Under the pieces are notes generated by a model. That model ran no database searches. It was not told the DNA's origin and was given only the letters and a program-made list of their open reading frames with translations. A program made the translations under genes and the position numbers. A stretch of 64,000 nt of DNA from positions 10,320 through 74,319 of the forward strand of contig DASUVG010000191.1 in NCBI GenBank assembly GCA_036379135.1, read 5' to 3'. Positions 48,626-56,530 of the stretch are shown here, in pieces; position 1 is the first letter of the stretch, and every line of letters begins with the position of its first letter. This DNA comes from Longimicrobium sp. (GTDB lineage: Bacteria; Gemmatimonadota; Gemmatimonadetes; Longimicrobiales; Longimicrobiaceae).

Positions 48626-49018
48626 TCAATCGTCGTCGCGGTCTTCGAACTCTGCTCCGGGAATGGGCGTGACGGTCGGGTCGCTGATGCCCTCGTCCAT
48701 GTTGAAGTACACGAGGTCGCCCAGTGCGAGCTGGACTGGCTGCTCCGCCGCGCGGGCCAACTCCCGCGCAAGCAATTCGCACCGCTCCCGTTCCTCGCCC
48801 TTGTCTGCCAGGCGGTCGCGGAGCCGGCGTACGTCCTCTTCGCGCCCGGAGTACTTCGCGCCATTGAGGCAGGTCGTAAGCGCCTGCTCGATTCCCCGCT
48901 CTTCTTCGAGGAGTGTCTCGGCCTTCGCCTGTGCCCGTTTGGCGATTTCGGCACTGGTGTAGGTGAAGAGCCAGCTATTCCGTTGGCCCCGGTCGCCTTG
49001 CATGTAGTAAAAGGCCAT
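48626..49018 (-). CDS. cassette hypothetical protein (130 aa)
   Basis: single ORF between attC sites; helical, acidic tail. Confidence 0.75.
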   Translation of the reverse strand: MAFYYMQGDRGQRNSWLFTYTSAEIAKRAQAKAETLLEEERGIEQALTTCLNGAKYSGREEDVRRLRDRLADKGEERERCELLARELARAAEQPVQLALGDLVYFNMDEGISDPTVTPIPGAEFEDRDDD

Positions 49019-49123
49019 GCGGTTTCTCTCGCCTCCGAAGGTCGAACAATCTGGAGATCAGGGTGCAGGGTCGGCGCACAAGCGGGAGGATCACCTGCCG
49101 GCTGCCGCGATGCTTGTCGAGCG

Positions 49124-49225
49124 GCCTACCGACAGAAGGGTCAGGGGTGCGGGGCCCGGCGCGCAAGACTTTCCTCCACCCGAAAACATGCAAGGCCCCG
49201 CATCCCCTGCAGCCGATTGTCAGGC
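49124..49225 (-). other. resident-family attC, degenerate cores
   Basis: GCCTGACAATCGGCTGCAGGGG...CCCCTGACCCTTCTGTC-GGTAGGC. Confidence 0.8.
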
Positions 49226-49241
49226 CGGTGACGACGCGTTG

Positions 49242-49751
49242 TTAGGCCGCCGGCGGGTCGGCACCTGCAGGCCAGTCCCGGCGCAGCAGGAGTTCCTCGA
49301 TGCGGTACGCGTGGAGGAAGTCGTGCAGCGCGAGGTGCCGGAACATGATGAACACGGAGTACGTCCGGTATTCGCCGTGCTCCGCGGTGCGCGCCCACTC
49401 GGCGGGGTCGAGCCCCTCCAGGCGAGCGACGAGGTGGGCCCGGTCGACGGCGAAGCGCTCGAGCGACGCGTCCAGGTCCATGCGGAGCAGCAGGTCGTCG
49501 GCGTCCTGCTCACCCGGCAGATACGGCCGGATGACGGGCGCCGGGTGGCGGAGCATGTAGTCGAGCCGGTCGAAGAAGAGCGCGTGCACGTGAGCGAGGT
49601 GACACGCGTGCTCGTGGGCGGACCAGCGGCGCGGGGCCGGCCGCCGCCGCAGGATTGCCCGCGGCACCTCACGCACGAGGGGCACGACGATCTCCGGCGC
49701 TCGGCGGAGCGCATCGATGACGGCAGGGATGTCACCCGTCTGCGTGAGCAT
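49242..49751 (-). CDS. cassette DinB/YfiT family protein
   Basis: RRWSAHEHACHL...HLALHDFLHAYRI; stop TAA lies inside GCCTAAC. Confidence 0.88.
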   Translation of the reverse strand: MLTQTGDIPAVIDALRRAPEIVVPLVREVPRAILRRRPAPRRWSAHEHACHLAHVHALFFDRLDYMLRHPAPVIRPYLPGEQDADDLLLRMDLDASLERFAVDRAHLVARLEGLDPAEWARTAEHGEYRTYSVFIMFRHLALHDFLHAYRIEELLLRRDWPAGADPPAA

Positions 49752-49767
49752 ACAATGTTTGTAGGCG

Positions 49768-49867
49768 GTGTAACGACACAAGGGTCAGGATGCGGGGCCG
49801 GCGCGCAACACTCTCCTCCGGCTGAAAGCATGCAAGGCCCCACATCCCCTGCAGCCGATTGTTAGGC
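49768..49867 (-). other. resident-family attC
   Basis: GCCTAACAATCGGCTGCAGGGG...CCTGACCCTTGTGTCGTTACAC. Confidence 0.85.
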
Positions 49868-50863
49868 CGCGCCCCCGCTTGGCACCAGGTCATCCTCAGG
49901 CTCGGCTGTATCTCGCGGCCGAAGGAGGATGTCCGGCACGGTCAAGCGAGCAATCTTCACATATAGTTCCTGCTGCATCCTCCTCCTCTCCTTCCAACGG
50001 TGGAGCTTCCCGTGGCACGTTTCGCAGACTGCGACTGCGTTAGTCACAACATCTGGACCGCCTTCGGCAAGAGGAATCACATGGTGGACCTCTAAGAACC
50101 GATCTCCATCATCGGTTTCATAACCGAGTATCCCGCAGGATTCGCATCTCCCATTGGCGTGCTCCAGAACCCAGGCAACGACACGGGGGTGTCGGATGAA
50201 TGCACGCCCTGAAACCTCTCGTTTCTCCGGTCGATCATCACCAGTCGGCGGCTCAACATCTACGCCTGCGCGGCGAATTCTCTCTGACCTCGCGAAAAGA
50301 AGCGCTTCATCAGCGGTCGGCTCTGTATCTTTAGCGAACTCCGAAGGAAGGTCCATCGGTGGTCGGCCAGGCACGTTCGGAAATAAACCCGCCAAGATCA
50401 TCGCGGATGCTGCCGAGCCGAATACCTTCTGGAGCACGGCATGATACACTCCTGCGCTGGCCAACTCGTCCTGAGTAGGGGTATGTCCAAGATCTGAGGC
50501 TAGCCGTCGAATGATCTGGATGATCGGACGTTGGGCGTCTCTTCGCTTTATCTGTTGGCGGGCGCTGCGGACCGCGGCGAACACGTCTTGAACTTCGTCG
50601 CGCACGCCTCGCTCGCTAACTGCGAGACGTGCATGTTGAAGCGGAATCGCGAGGTTCTCGGCGAATTCCTTGAAGCTAATCGCATTCGAGGCGGCAGCTA
50701 GGATTTGCGCGGAGGATGGAAGCGCGTTGCGGTTCGGACCTGCACGTCCATTCCGAAGTAGACGTTGTCGAACTCGCTCGCGCGTGATTCCGAGGGAATC
50801 CGCAATCGTAGTCATACTCTCGCCCGCATCCCAACGAGCAACAACGTCGCCATCAGTAATCAT
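49862..50863 (-). CDS. cassette HTH + HNH (McrA-like) endonuclease
   Basis: RHPRVVAWVL...CESCG...FLEVHHVIPLAEGGPD...NAVAVCETCHGKLH; N-terminal HTH; stop inside the attC R'' box. Confidence 0.88.
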   Translation of the reverse strand: MITDGDVVARWDAGESMTTIADSLGITRERVRQRLLRNGRAGPNRNALPSSAQILAAASNAISFKEFAENLAIPLQHARLAVSERGVRDEVQDVFAAVRSARQQIKRRDAQRPIIQIIRRLASDLGHTPTQDELASAGVYHAVLQKVFGSAASAMILAGLFPNVPGRPPMDLPSEFAKDTEPTADEALLFARSERIRRAGVDVEPPTGDDRPEKREVSGRAFIRHPRVVAWVLEHANGRCESCGILGYETDDGDRFLEVHHVIPLAEGGPDVVTNAVAVCETCHGKLHRWKERRRMQQELYVKIARLTVPDILLRPRDTAEPEDDLVPSGGAA

Positions 50864-50911
50864 GCGAGATCGATATGGAACGGAAAGGGCTGTCGCGATG
50901 CTTACCCAGCG

Positions 50912-51012
50912 GCCTAACGACGCAAGGGTCAGGGGTGCGGGGCCGGGGGATGTACTTTCACCTCGCGGGAAAGTATGCAAGGCCCCGCATCCGCTGCAGC
51001 CGATTGTTAGGC
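50912..51012 (-). other. resident-family attC, intact cores
   Basis: GCCTAAC-AATCG-GCTGCAGC...CCTGACC-CTTGCGTC-GTTAGGC. Confidence 0.88.
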
Positions 51013-51041
51013 CGCGTGCGGAGCACCCGGAACGGATTGGC

Positions 51042-51099
51042 TGCTTAAACGCAGGACGACGTAGTCTCGTTAAGCGTCCGCTGCAACGCTTGGTTAGGC
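51042..51099 (-). other. truncated non-resident attC (left half)
   Basis: GCCTAAC-CAAGC-GTTGCAGCGGAC-GCTTAACG..CGTTTAAGC, with no proper L'/R'. Confidence 0.65.
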
Positions 51100-51106
51100 G
51101 TGCCTT

Positions 51107-51787
51107 TCACCAGAGCTCAAAGGTGAACGTGCCCACGAACTGAAGGAGATTGCCCGCAATAAAGAACACCACGCCCCAGAACACCACCATGAACCGCAGA
51201 CGCTCGTTTCCTTCTAGTCGCACGATCAAACGCTCGACGCCAGCCAGAGCGGATGTGAAAAACACTTTACGAATGGACTCGAATAGGCCATCGGCGATAA
51301 GCGACCAAAGCATGCGCCACGGGAGGTAAAACAGGAGAAGTATATGATATCGACGAATAACGGCCATCGTGGAAGCCGGCGCATCATCTTCGCCGGGAAA
51401 AAACGGAAGGAAGTGTTGCCGGATCCGCTCAGCACGGCCTCGCCAACGCATTTCCGCAATCCCGAGGTAGACGAGCAGTGCATAAACAACCGCCAAGAGA
51501 CCTAGTGCGTACCAGAAGAGGCGAATGAACAAGAGGCCGATGACGGCTACGATCGCGAGAGCCAGACACAGCCCGATCCAGAATGGTGACGTAGTGCCCA
51601 GATAACCGATAAACTTCTTCGTGATCGCCATGCGGCCATGCAGGGATGAACGAATCGATTCGAGTCTCCGCTCAATTCTCGTTTCGAGGTGTCTGAGCCG
51701 ATCAAGACCGATGAGCTCCGGGGCGACCATGAAGCCGGCCGCGAAGTTCAAAATGACACCAATGCGGTTAACCCAGTCGTTGTCCAT
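51107..51787 (-). CDS. cassette membrane protein (226 aa)
   Basis: GAGG RBS; several TM helices; markedly lower GC than the host. Confidence 0.8.
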   Translation of the reverse strand: MDNDWVNRIGVILNFAAGFMVAPELIGLDRLRHLETRIERRLESIRSSLHGRMAITKKFIGYLGTTSPFWIGLCLALAIVAVIGLLFIRLFWYALGLLAVVYALLVYLGIAEMRWRGRAERIRQHFLPFFPGEDDAPASTMAVIRRYHILLLFYLPWRMLWSLIADGLFESIRKVFFTSALAGVERLIVRLEGNERLRFMVVFWGVVFFIAGNLLQFVGTFTFELW

Positions 51788-51805
51788 GTGACCTCGCGTC
51801 TGGCC

Positions 51806-51850
51806 GCCTAACGAATAAAGGGTCAGGGGTGCGGGGCCGCCGCGCAAGCC
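51806..51850 (-). other. right half of a resident attC
   Basis: CTTGCGCGGCGGCCCCGCACCCCTGACCCTTTATTCGTTAGGC. Confidence 0.75.
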
Positions 51851-51907
51851 TGTCGCGCACGGCGGCGCGTGAGATCACCTGCGGCTGCCGCGTATGCTTG
51901 CCCAGCG

Positions 51908-51926
51908 GCCTAACTTGTTGTTAAGG
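51908..51926 (-). other. attI-like recombination site
   Basis: CCTTAACAACAAGTTAGGC resembles the attI1 core CCCTAAAACAAAGTTRRRY; at the 5' end of the array; near-palindrome TTATCCAGATAA at 51980-51991. Confidence 0.7.
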
Positions 51927-52247
51927 AGACGGATTTCCAGCTAAACGCGCATACCTCGCCGTCATAGCCGAATCCGCCCTTATCCAGATAAAACCCCTGC
52001 TTCCTGAATGTCGAGCGACAGGAAACCGCGGCATTTCGGCGCGGGAGTCCGGTAGGCCCTTTCGGACCATCAAGGATTTACAAGGGTTTTCGGCACCCGC
52101 GCCGATTCCTTCTCTGACTCCGTGTCCGTGCGAGGTCCAATCTGTTCAGGCGCTGAGCCTCGGCACGTGCTCGGTGCAGGCGCGGGCGAGAGCACTTCTC
52201 CTCCGCGCCTCCGCGTCCCTGCGTAAGGCCGATCTTTTCCGGGCCGG

Positions 52248-53237
52248 CTAGGCCAGCGGGAGCCCCGACGTGGCGCGCGTGTGCTCGTCGTGCAGGGCGC
52301 GCAGCGGGGCAACGTCCGGGTGCTCCGCGCCGGTCCCCATCTCCTCCACGAAGTGGCAGGTCGCGCGGCCGCGGGACGCGGCGTCGTAGCGCGCCTCCCA
52401 CTGCCGCATCTGCGCCTCCTCGCCCGGCCCCTCGAAGGGAAAGCCCACCGGCGGGTTCTCCACGCCGATGCGCCAGGGCTTGGGGGTCAGGCGCGCGCGA
52501 AAGGTCTTCTGCACCTGGCACAGCCTGACGTACTGCGGGTCCGCGCCCAGCGCGTTCATCGCGGCCTGCGTCGCCGCGTCCGTGGGCGAGAATACGTCGT
52601 GCGTCACCAGGTAGCGCAGCCCGGCGCTGGTGCGGTACACGCGCACCCGCCACTCCGGGTGCGACGCCACCCAGCGCCGCAGCCGGTCCAGCGCGGCCGA
52701 CGCCGGGTCCGCGGGCGCGGGCGGCGGCGGAGGCGGCGCCGCGGGCCGCGCGGGCCTGGAGCCGAAGAGTCCGCCCAGGATGGACTTTACGCCGCCCGGC
52801 AGCGGCAGCGCATCCACCAGCTCCCGGGCCGCCGCCATCGGGTCCACGGCGGAGGCGGAGGACGACGAGGATGCGGACGACACGGGCTCGTCCGCGCGGT
52901 CTACGTCGACGTCGATGAAGAAGGCGCGGGCCGCGTTCAGCACCAGCGCGCCGTACGAGTTGCGGGTGATGGCCGCGTCCGGTGCCTCCACGCCGCCGGT
53001 CGCGGGAAGCTCGCGCACCACCTCCTCGCGCAGCGGGCGGTCGCCGTACGCATACCGCTCGGGAAAGCCCGCCCCGGCGCGAATGCGGTCCGCGATGCGC
53101 GCCACCGCCTCCTGCGCCAGCGTCTGCGCCTCCGCGGAACTGCTCCGCGAGCCGCGCCACACGTGAAACCGCACGAACTTGCCGGCCGGGGTGGTCGCCG
53201 TGGACTCCGCGCGCGACCAGAAGCGGGGGATCAGCAT
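52248..53237 (-). CDS. conserved hypothetical protein with AEP/primase-polymerase-like motifs
   Basis: GGAG RBS; FFIDVD, VYRTSAGLRYL, GADPQY......FRARLTPKP. Confidence 0.75.
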   Translation of the reverse strand: MLIPRFWSRAESTATTPAGKFVRFHVWRGSRSSSAEAQTLAQEAVARIADRIRAGAGFPERYAYGDRPLREEVVRELPATGGVEAPDAAITRNSYGALVLNAARAFFIDVDVDRADEPVSSASSSSSASAVDPMAAARELVDALPLPGGVKSILGGLFGSRPARPAAPPPPPPAPADPASAALDRLRRWVASHPEWRVRVYRTSAGLRYLVTHDVFSPTDAATQAAMNALGADPQYVRLCQVQKTFRARLTPKPWRIGVENPPVGFPFEGPGEEAQMRQWEARYDAASRGRATCHFVEEMGTGAEHPDVAPLRALHDEHTRATSGLPLA

Positions 53238-53555
53238 CGTCGATGGGCTCCTTGGGTGGGAACGGCGGTTTCCGACCGGGTAAGGGTTCAGTATCTGCGG
53301 CGGATGCCCGCGCCGCAAGACGGATCGCGCGTGCACCTGCGCGCGGACGTCATCCACGGAATTCCGAACTCCGGGAGATCCGCCTCCGCCCCGGACCGGC
53401 GGGTGATCGACGGGGATGCGGCCCGATCCGCATCCATCCGCCGAAGCCATCTGCCGAAGCCGGCCGCGGCCCCGGTTGTGTGAATCACGATCCGCCGATT
53501 ATCATTCCTGCTCCTTCCCGGCCCGCTGCTTCCCGCCATTCTCCGTTCGATCTCC

Positions 53556-56495
53556 GTGGATACCTCCACGCTGCTTCTCGCGCTCATCGCGCTTGCCCCC
53601 GGCGCGTACGCCTGGTGGACGGGCCGCGCCCTCGCCTCCCGCGCGGACGATCCCGATCTGCCGGACCTCCTGGTGGCGCGCCGGCGGCGGCTGCAGCCCG
53701 CGTGGACCGTGGCGCTGGTGGCGGTGATCTTCATCTCCGGCGGCCGGATCGGGTGGATCGTGCCGCTGGGGGTGGGGCTGGCCGCCGGCACCTTTCCGCT
53801 GCGGCGCAGGCTGTTCGACGAGCGGTGGGGCTTCGCGGGGTACCTGCTGTGGACGGTGCGCACCCTGGTGCCCGCGCTGGGGCTGGTGCTCCTTCTCCAG
53901 CTCGCGCCGCTGCTCATCGTCTCCGCGCGGCCGTACCACTGGGCGGCCGCGGCGGCGGCGGTGCTGGCCATGCAGGCGTGGCGGCGCTGGCAGTTTCGCC
54001 TGTGGCTGTGGGCGTACCGCGCCACCCCGCTGGACCGCCCCGCGCTGCTGGAGCGCTTCGGAGAGATCGTGCGGCGCGCGGGAACCGTGTCTCCCGGCGT
54101 CTACCGGATGGGCCCGAAGGGCGGGCGCCTGGCGAACGCGTTCGCGCTGCCGGACCCGCGGGGCCCGTCCGTGGCGTTCGGCGACGACCTGCTGGAGTTG
54201 CTGGACGAGGACGAGGCGGCCGCCATCTTTGCCCACGAGCTCGCGCACATCGAGCAGCACGACGCGGCGAGGGTGCGGCGGGGGCGGATGCGGATGCACG
54301 GGCTGGTGGCCTGCGCCGCGGGGGTGCCGCTGCTGCTGATCGCGGCCGGATGGGCGGGAACGGTGCAGGCGCTGGCGCTGGGGCTGGTGCTGCTCTTTGG
54401 CCTGGCGCGCATCATCGCGCACCGCCAGGCGGACGAGACCGCGGCGGACGCGCGCGCGGCGGAGCTCACGGGCGACCCGGAGGCCGTGGTGCGCGCGCTG
54501 GTGCGGCTGCACCAGTACATGCGCCTGCCGCGCCGCTGGCCGCATGAGATGGAGGCGCGCGCCTCGCACCCCAGCCTGGCGCGCCGCATCGCCGCGCTCC
54601 GCGGCGGCGCGGACGGGGCGGGGCCCGCGCCCCGGCCCGGCGTGCTGCGGTCGCCGCGCGAGGGGAGCTGGGTGGCGTTCGACGAGCGGCGCGTCTCGTG
54701 GTTCGACGGCGTGCCCGCCGGCACCCCGCCGGAGCCCGCGGTGCTCCACCAGGCCGCCGCGACCGCGCGGACCGTCGCCTACGCGGAGCTCGCCGACATG
54801 CGCGTGAGCGCCGGCCCCGGCCCGCACCCCGTGCTCAGCGCCACGGACCGCGCGGGGGTGAGCTGGCAGCTCCCCATCTTTGCGGAGGACGTGGAGGCGG
54901 TGCGCGAGCGCGTGCACCAGGTGGACGTGCAGTTCACCGCGCCCGCGCCCGTGCCCACCGTGGCCGGCCGGCGCACCGTGGCCCTGGTGGCGTTCTTCGC
55001 CGCCTGGTGGGCCGGCGCCGCGGCGCTGATGCTCCCCGCGCTCCTGGCGATGGCGTGGCCGGCGACGGCGGCGCTCGCCGCGCTGGGCGCGATGGCGCTG
55101 GGGATGCCGGCGGTGCGCGCGGCGGAAGGCTCGCTGCGCTGGGCGTCGGGGCTGCAGCTTGCCGCGCTGGGCGTGCTGGCGCTGGTGGGCGTCGGCATGA
55201 TCGCGATGTCGCTGGGGCGGGGCCCGCGCAAGGGCGCGCCGCGCCGGCCCGGCATTCCGCTCGCGGTGCTCGCCGTGCTGGCGCTGCTCGCGGCGGCCCG
55301 GGTGTGGATGGTGGCGTCGGACGGCGGGGTGGACTGGCGCGCGGGCGTGCCCGGCGCGGAGACGGCCGGGCTGCTGCTGGCGGGGCTGGCGGCGGGGCTG
55401 CTGCGGCTGCCGCGGACGGCCCTGCGCCGCTCCGGAGCGGCGGCCGCGGCGGCGCTGGGGATCGGCGCGCTGCTGCTGTCGCTGGGCGGCGACCGGCTGG
55501 CGGGGCGCGCGCCGCGCATCCGGTGGGCGGAGGGGCGTGCCGCGCCCGCGGGCTCCGTGTCGCTGCCGCGCTTCGCCGACCTGGTGGCGATGTCGCCCTC
55601 CGGCCGCGCCTGGCTGGTGCGCCAGCCGCCGGACGACGACCGCTGGCAGGCGGACACCCGGTGGCGGTACATGGTGGGCGACTTCAGCGGCTTTCGGCGC
55701 GCGTTCTCCGCCTCGGACGCCGCGTTCGCCGGCGACGGGCACCTGCTGGTGGTGCAGGGCGGCGGCGACTCGGCGCAGGTGCGGATGGAGCCGCTCTCGG
55801 GGCCGGCCCCCCTGTGGACGCACGTGCTGCGCGGCGCGAGCCATCCCACGGTGGCGCCGGACGGGGCGGACGGATGGAGCGTGCTGGCGTACGAGCCCGG
55901 CGGCGGGGGGCGCGTGCTGGTGACGGGCGGGGCCGCCGGTCCCGCCCGCACCCGCCGCGCCGGCCGCAGCGCGGGGTACGCGCAGGCGGTGGACGTGGGC
56001 GGCGGGGCCATGGTGCTCCTTCACGCGGGCGGATTTCCGGAGTCCGCCTCGCTGCTCCCCCTGCTGCTGCGCGGCGGCGCGGGGATGCACCGGGAGGCGT
56101 GGCGGGTGGATGCGTCGGGCGAGCGTCCGCTGGGGCGCGTGAGCGGCGTTCCACGCTGCGCGCGGGACGATGCGCGCGGGGGCGCCGTCTGCTCCGTGAC
56201 GGACGGCCGCCGCGCCGCGCTCTGGTCGCTGGGGCGCGACGGCGGCATGGTGAACGTGGGGCAGGTCCCGCCCGACCTGCTGGGCGACGTGGCGGTGCAC
56301 GGCGGCGTGGTGGCCGCCGTGCGCCACGGCGGCGAGGTGGCGGTGATCCGCCCGGACGCGCGGCGCGGCTGGCGCGTCCCGGTCCCCGCCGGCGCGTCCG
56401 CCGTGCACCCCGTCCCCGGCGGCGTGGCCGTGCTCTACGGCGGCGTGGACGGATCCACGCTGAGGCTGTTCCGCACCACGCTTCCCACGCGCTGA
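53556..56495 (+). CDS. M48 (HtpX/Ste24-like) membrane metallopeptidase with long C-terminal extension
   Basis: ANAFAL, FAHELAH, DETAADA, SHPSL..RI; extra TM block and beta-rich C-terminus. Confidence 0.85.
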   Translation: MDTSTLLLALIALAPGAYAWWTGRALASRADDPDLPDLLVARRRRLQPAWTVALVAVIFISGGRIGWIVPLGVGLAAGTFPLRRRLFDERWGFAGYLLWTVRTLVPALGLVLLLQLAPLLIVSARPYHWAAAAAAVLAMQAWRRWQFRLWLWAYRATPLDRPALLERFGEIVRRAGTVSPGVYRMGPKGGRLANAFALPDPRGPSVAFGDDLLELLDEDEAAAIFAHELAHIEQHDAARVRRGRMRMHGLVACAAGVPLLLIAAGWAGTVQALALGLVLLFGLARIIAHRQADETAADARAAELTGDPEAVVRALVRLHQYMRLPRRWPHEMEARASHPSLARRIAALRGGADGAGPAPRPGVLRSPREGSWVAFDERRVSWFDGVPAGTPPEPAVLHQAAATARTVAYAELADMRVSAGPGPHPVLSATDRAGVSWQLPIFAEDVEAVRERVHQVDVQFTAPAPVPTVAGRRTVALVAFFAAWWAGAAALMLPALLAMAWPATAALAALGAMALGMPAVRAAEGSLRWASGLQLAALGVLALVGVGMIAMSLGRGPRKGAPRRPGIPLAVLAVLALLAAARVWMVASDGGVDWRAGVPGAETAGLLLAGLAAGLLRLPRTALRRSGAAAAAALGIGALLLSLGGDRLAGRAPRIRWAEGRAAPAGSVSLPRFADLVAMSPSGRAWLVRQPPDDDRWQADTRWRYMVGDFSGFRRAFSASDAAFAGDGHLLVVQGGGDSAQVRMEPLSGPAPLWTHVLRGASHPTVAPDGADGWSVLAYEPGGGGRVLVTGGAAGPARTRRAGRSAGYAQAVDVGGGAMVLLHAGGFPESASLLPLLLRGGAGMHREAWRVDASGERPLGRVSGVPRCARDDARGGAVCSVTDGRRAALWSLGRDGGMVNVGQVPPDLLGDVAVHGGVVAAVRHGGEVAVIRPDARRGWRVPVPAGASAVHPVPGGVAVLYGGVDGSTLRLFRTTLPTR

Positions 56496-56530
56496 GGCCC
56501 CGGGCGCGCTTTCCGGTCGGAGGGACGCCG

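Larger units (their letters stand above)
46203..51926 (-). mobile_element. integron-like gene cassette array without integrase in the window (CALIN-like, with attI-like site)
   Basis: six co-oriented single ORFs separated by RYYYAAC...GTTRRRY-bounded palindromes; atypical codon usage. Confidence 0.88.

Noticed and set aside
46203..51926. CRISPR array interpretation of the recurring repeats
   Set aside because: Repeats are ~100 bp and separated by whole genes; no cas genes; attC features fit better
51930..53500. Integron integrase gene or remnant
   Set aside because: No R-H-x-x-R / H / Y tyrosine-recombinase motifs in any listed ORF
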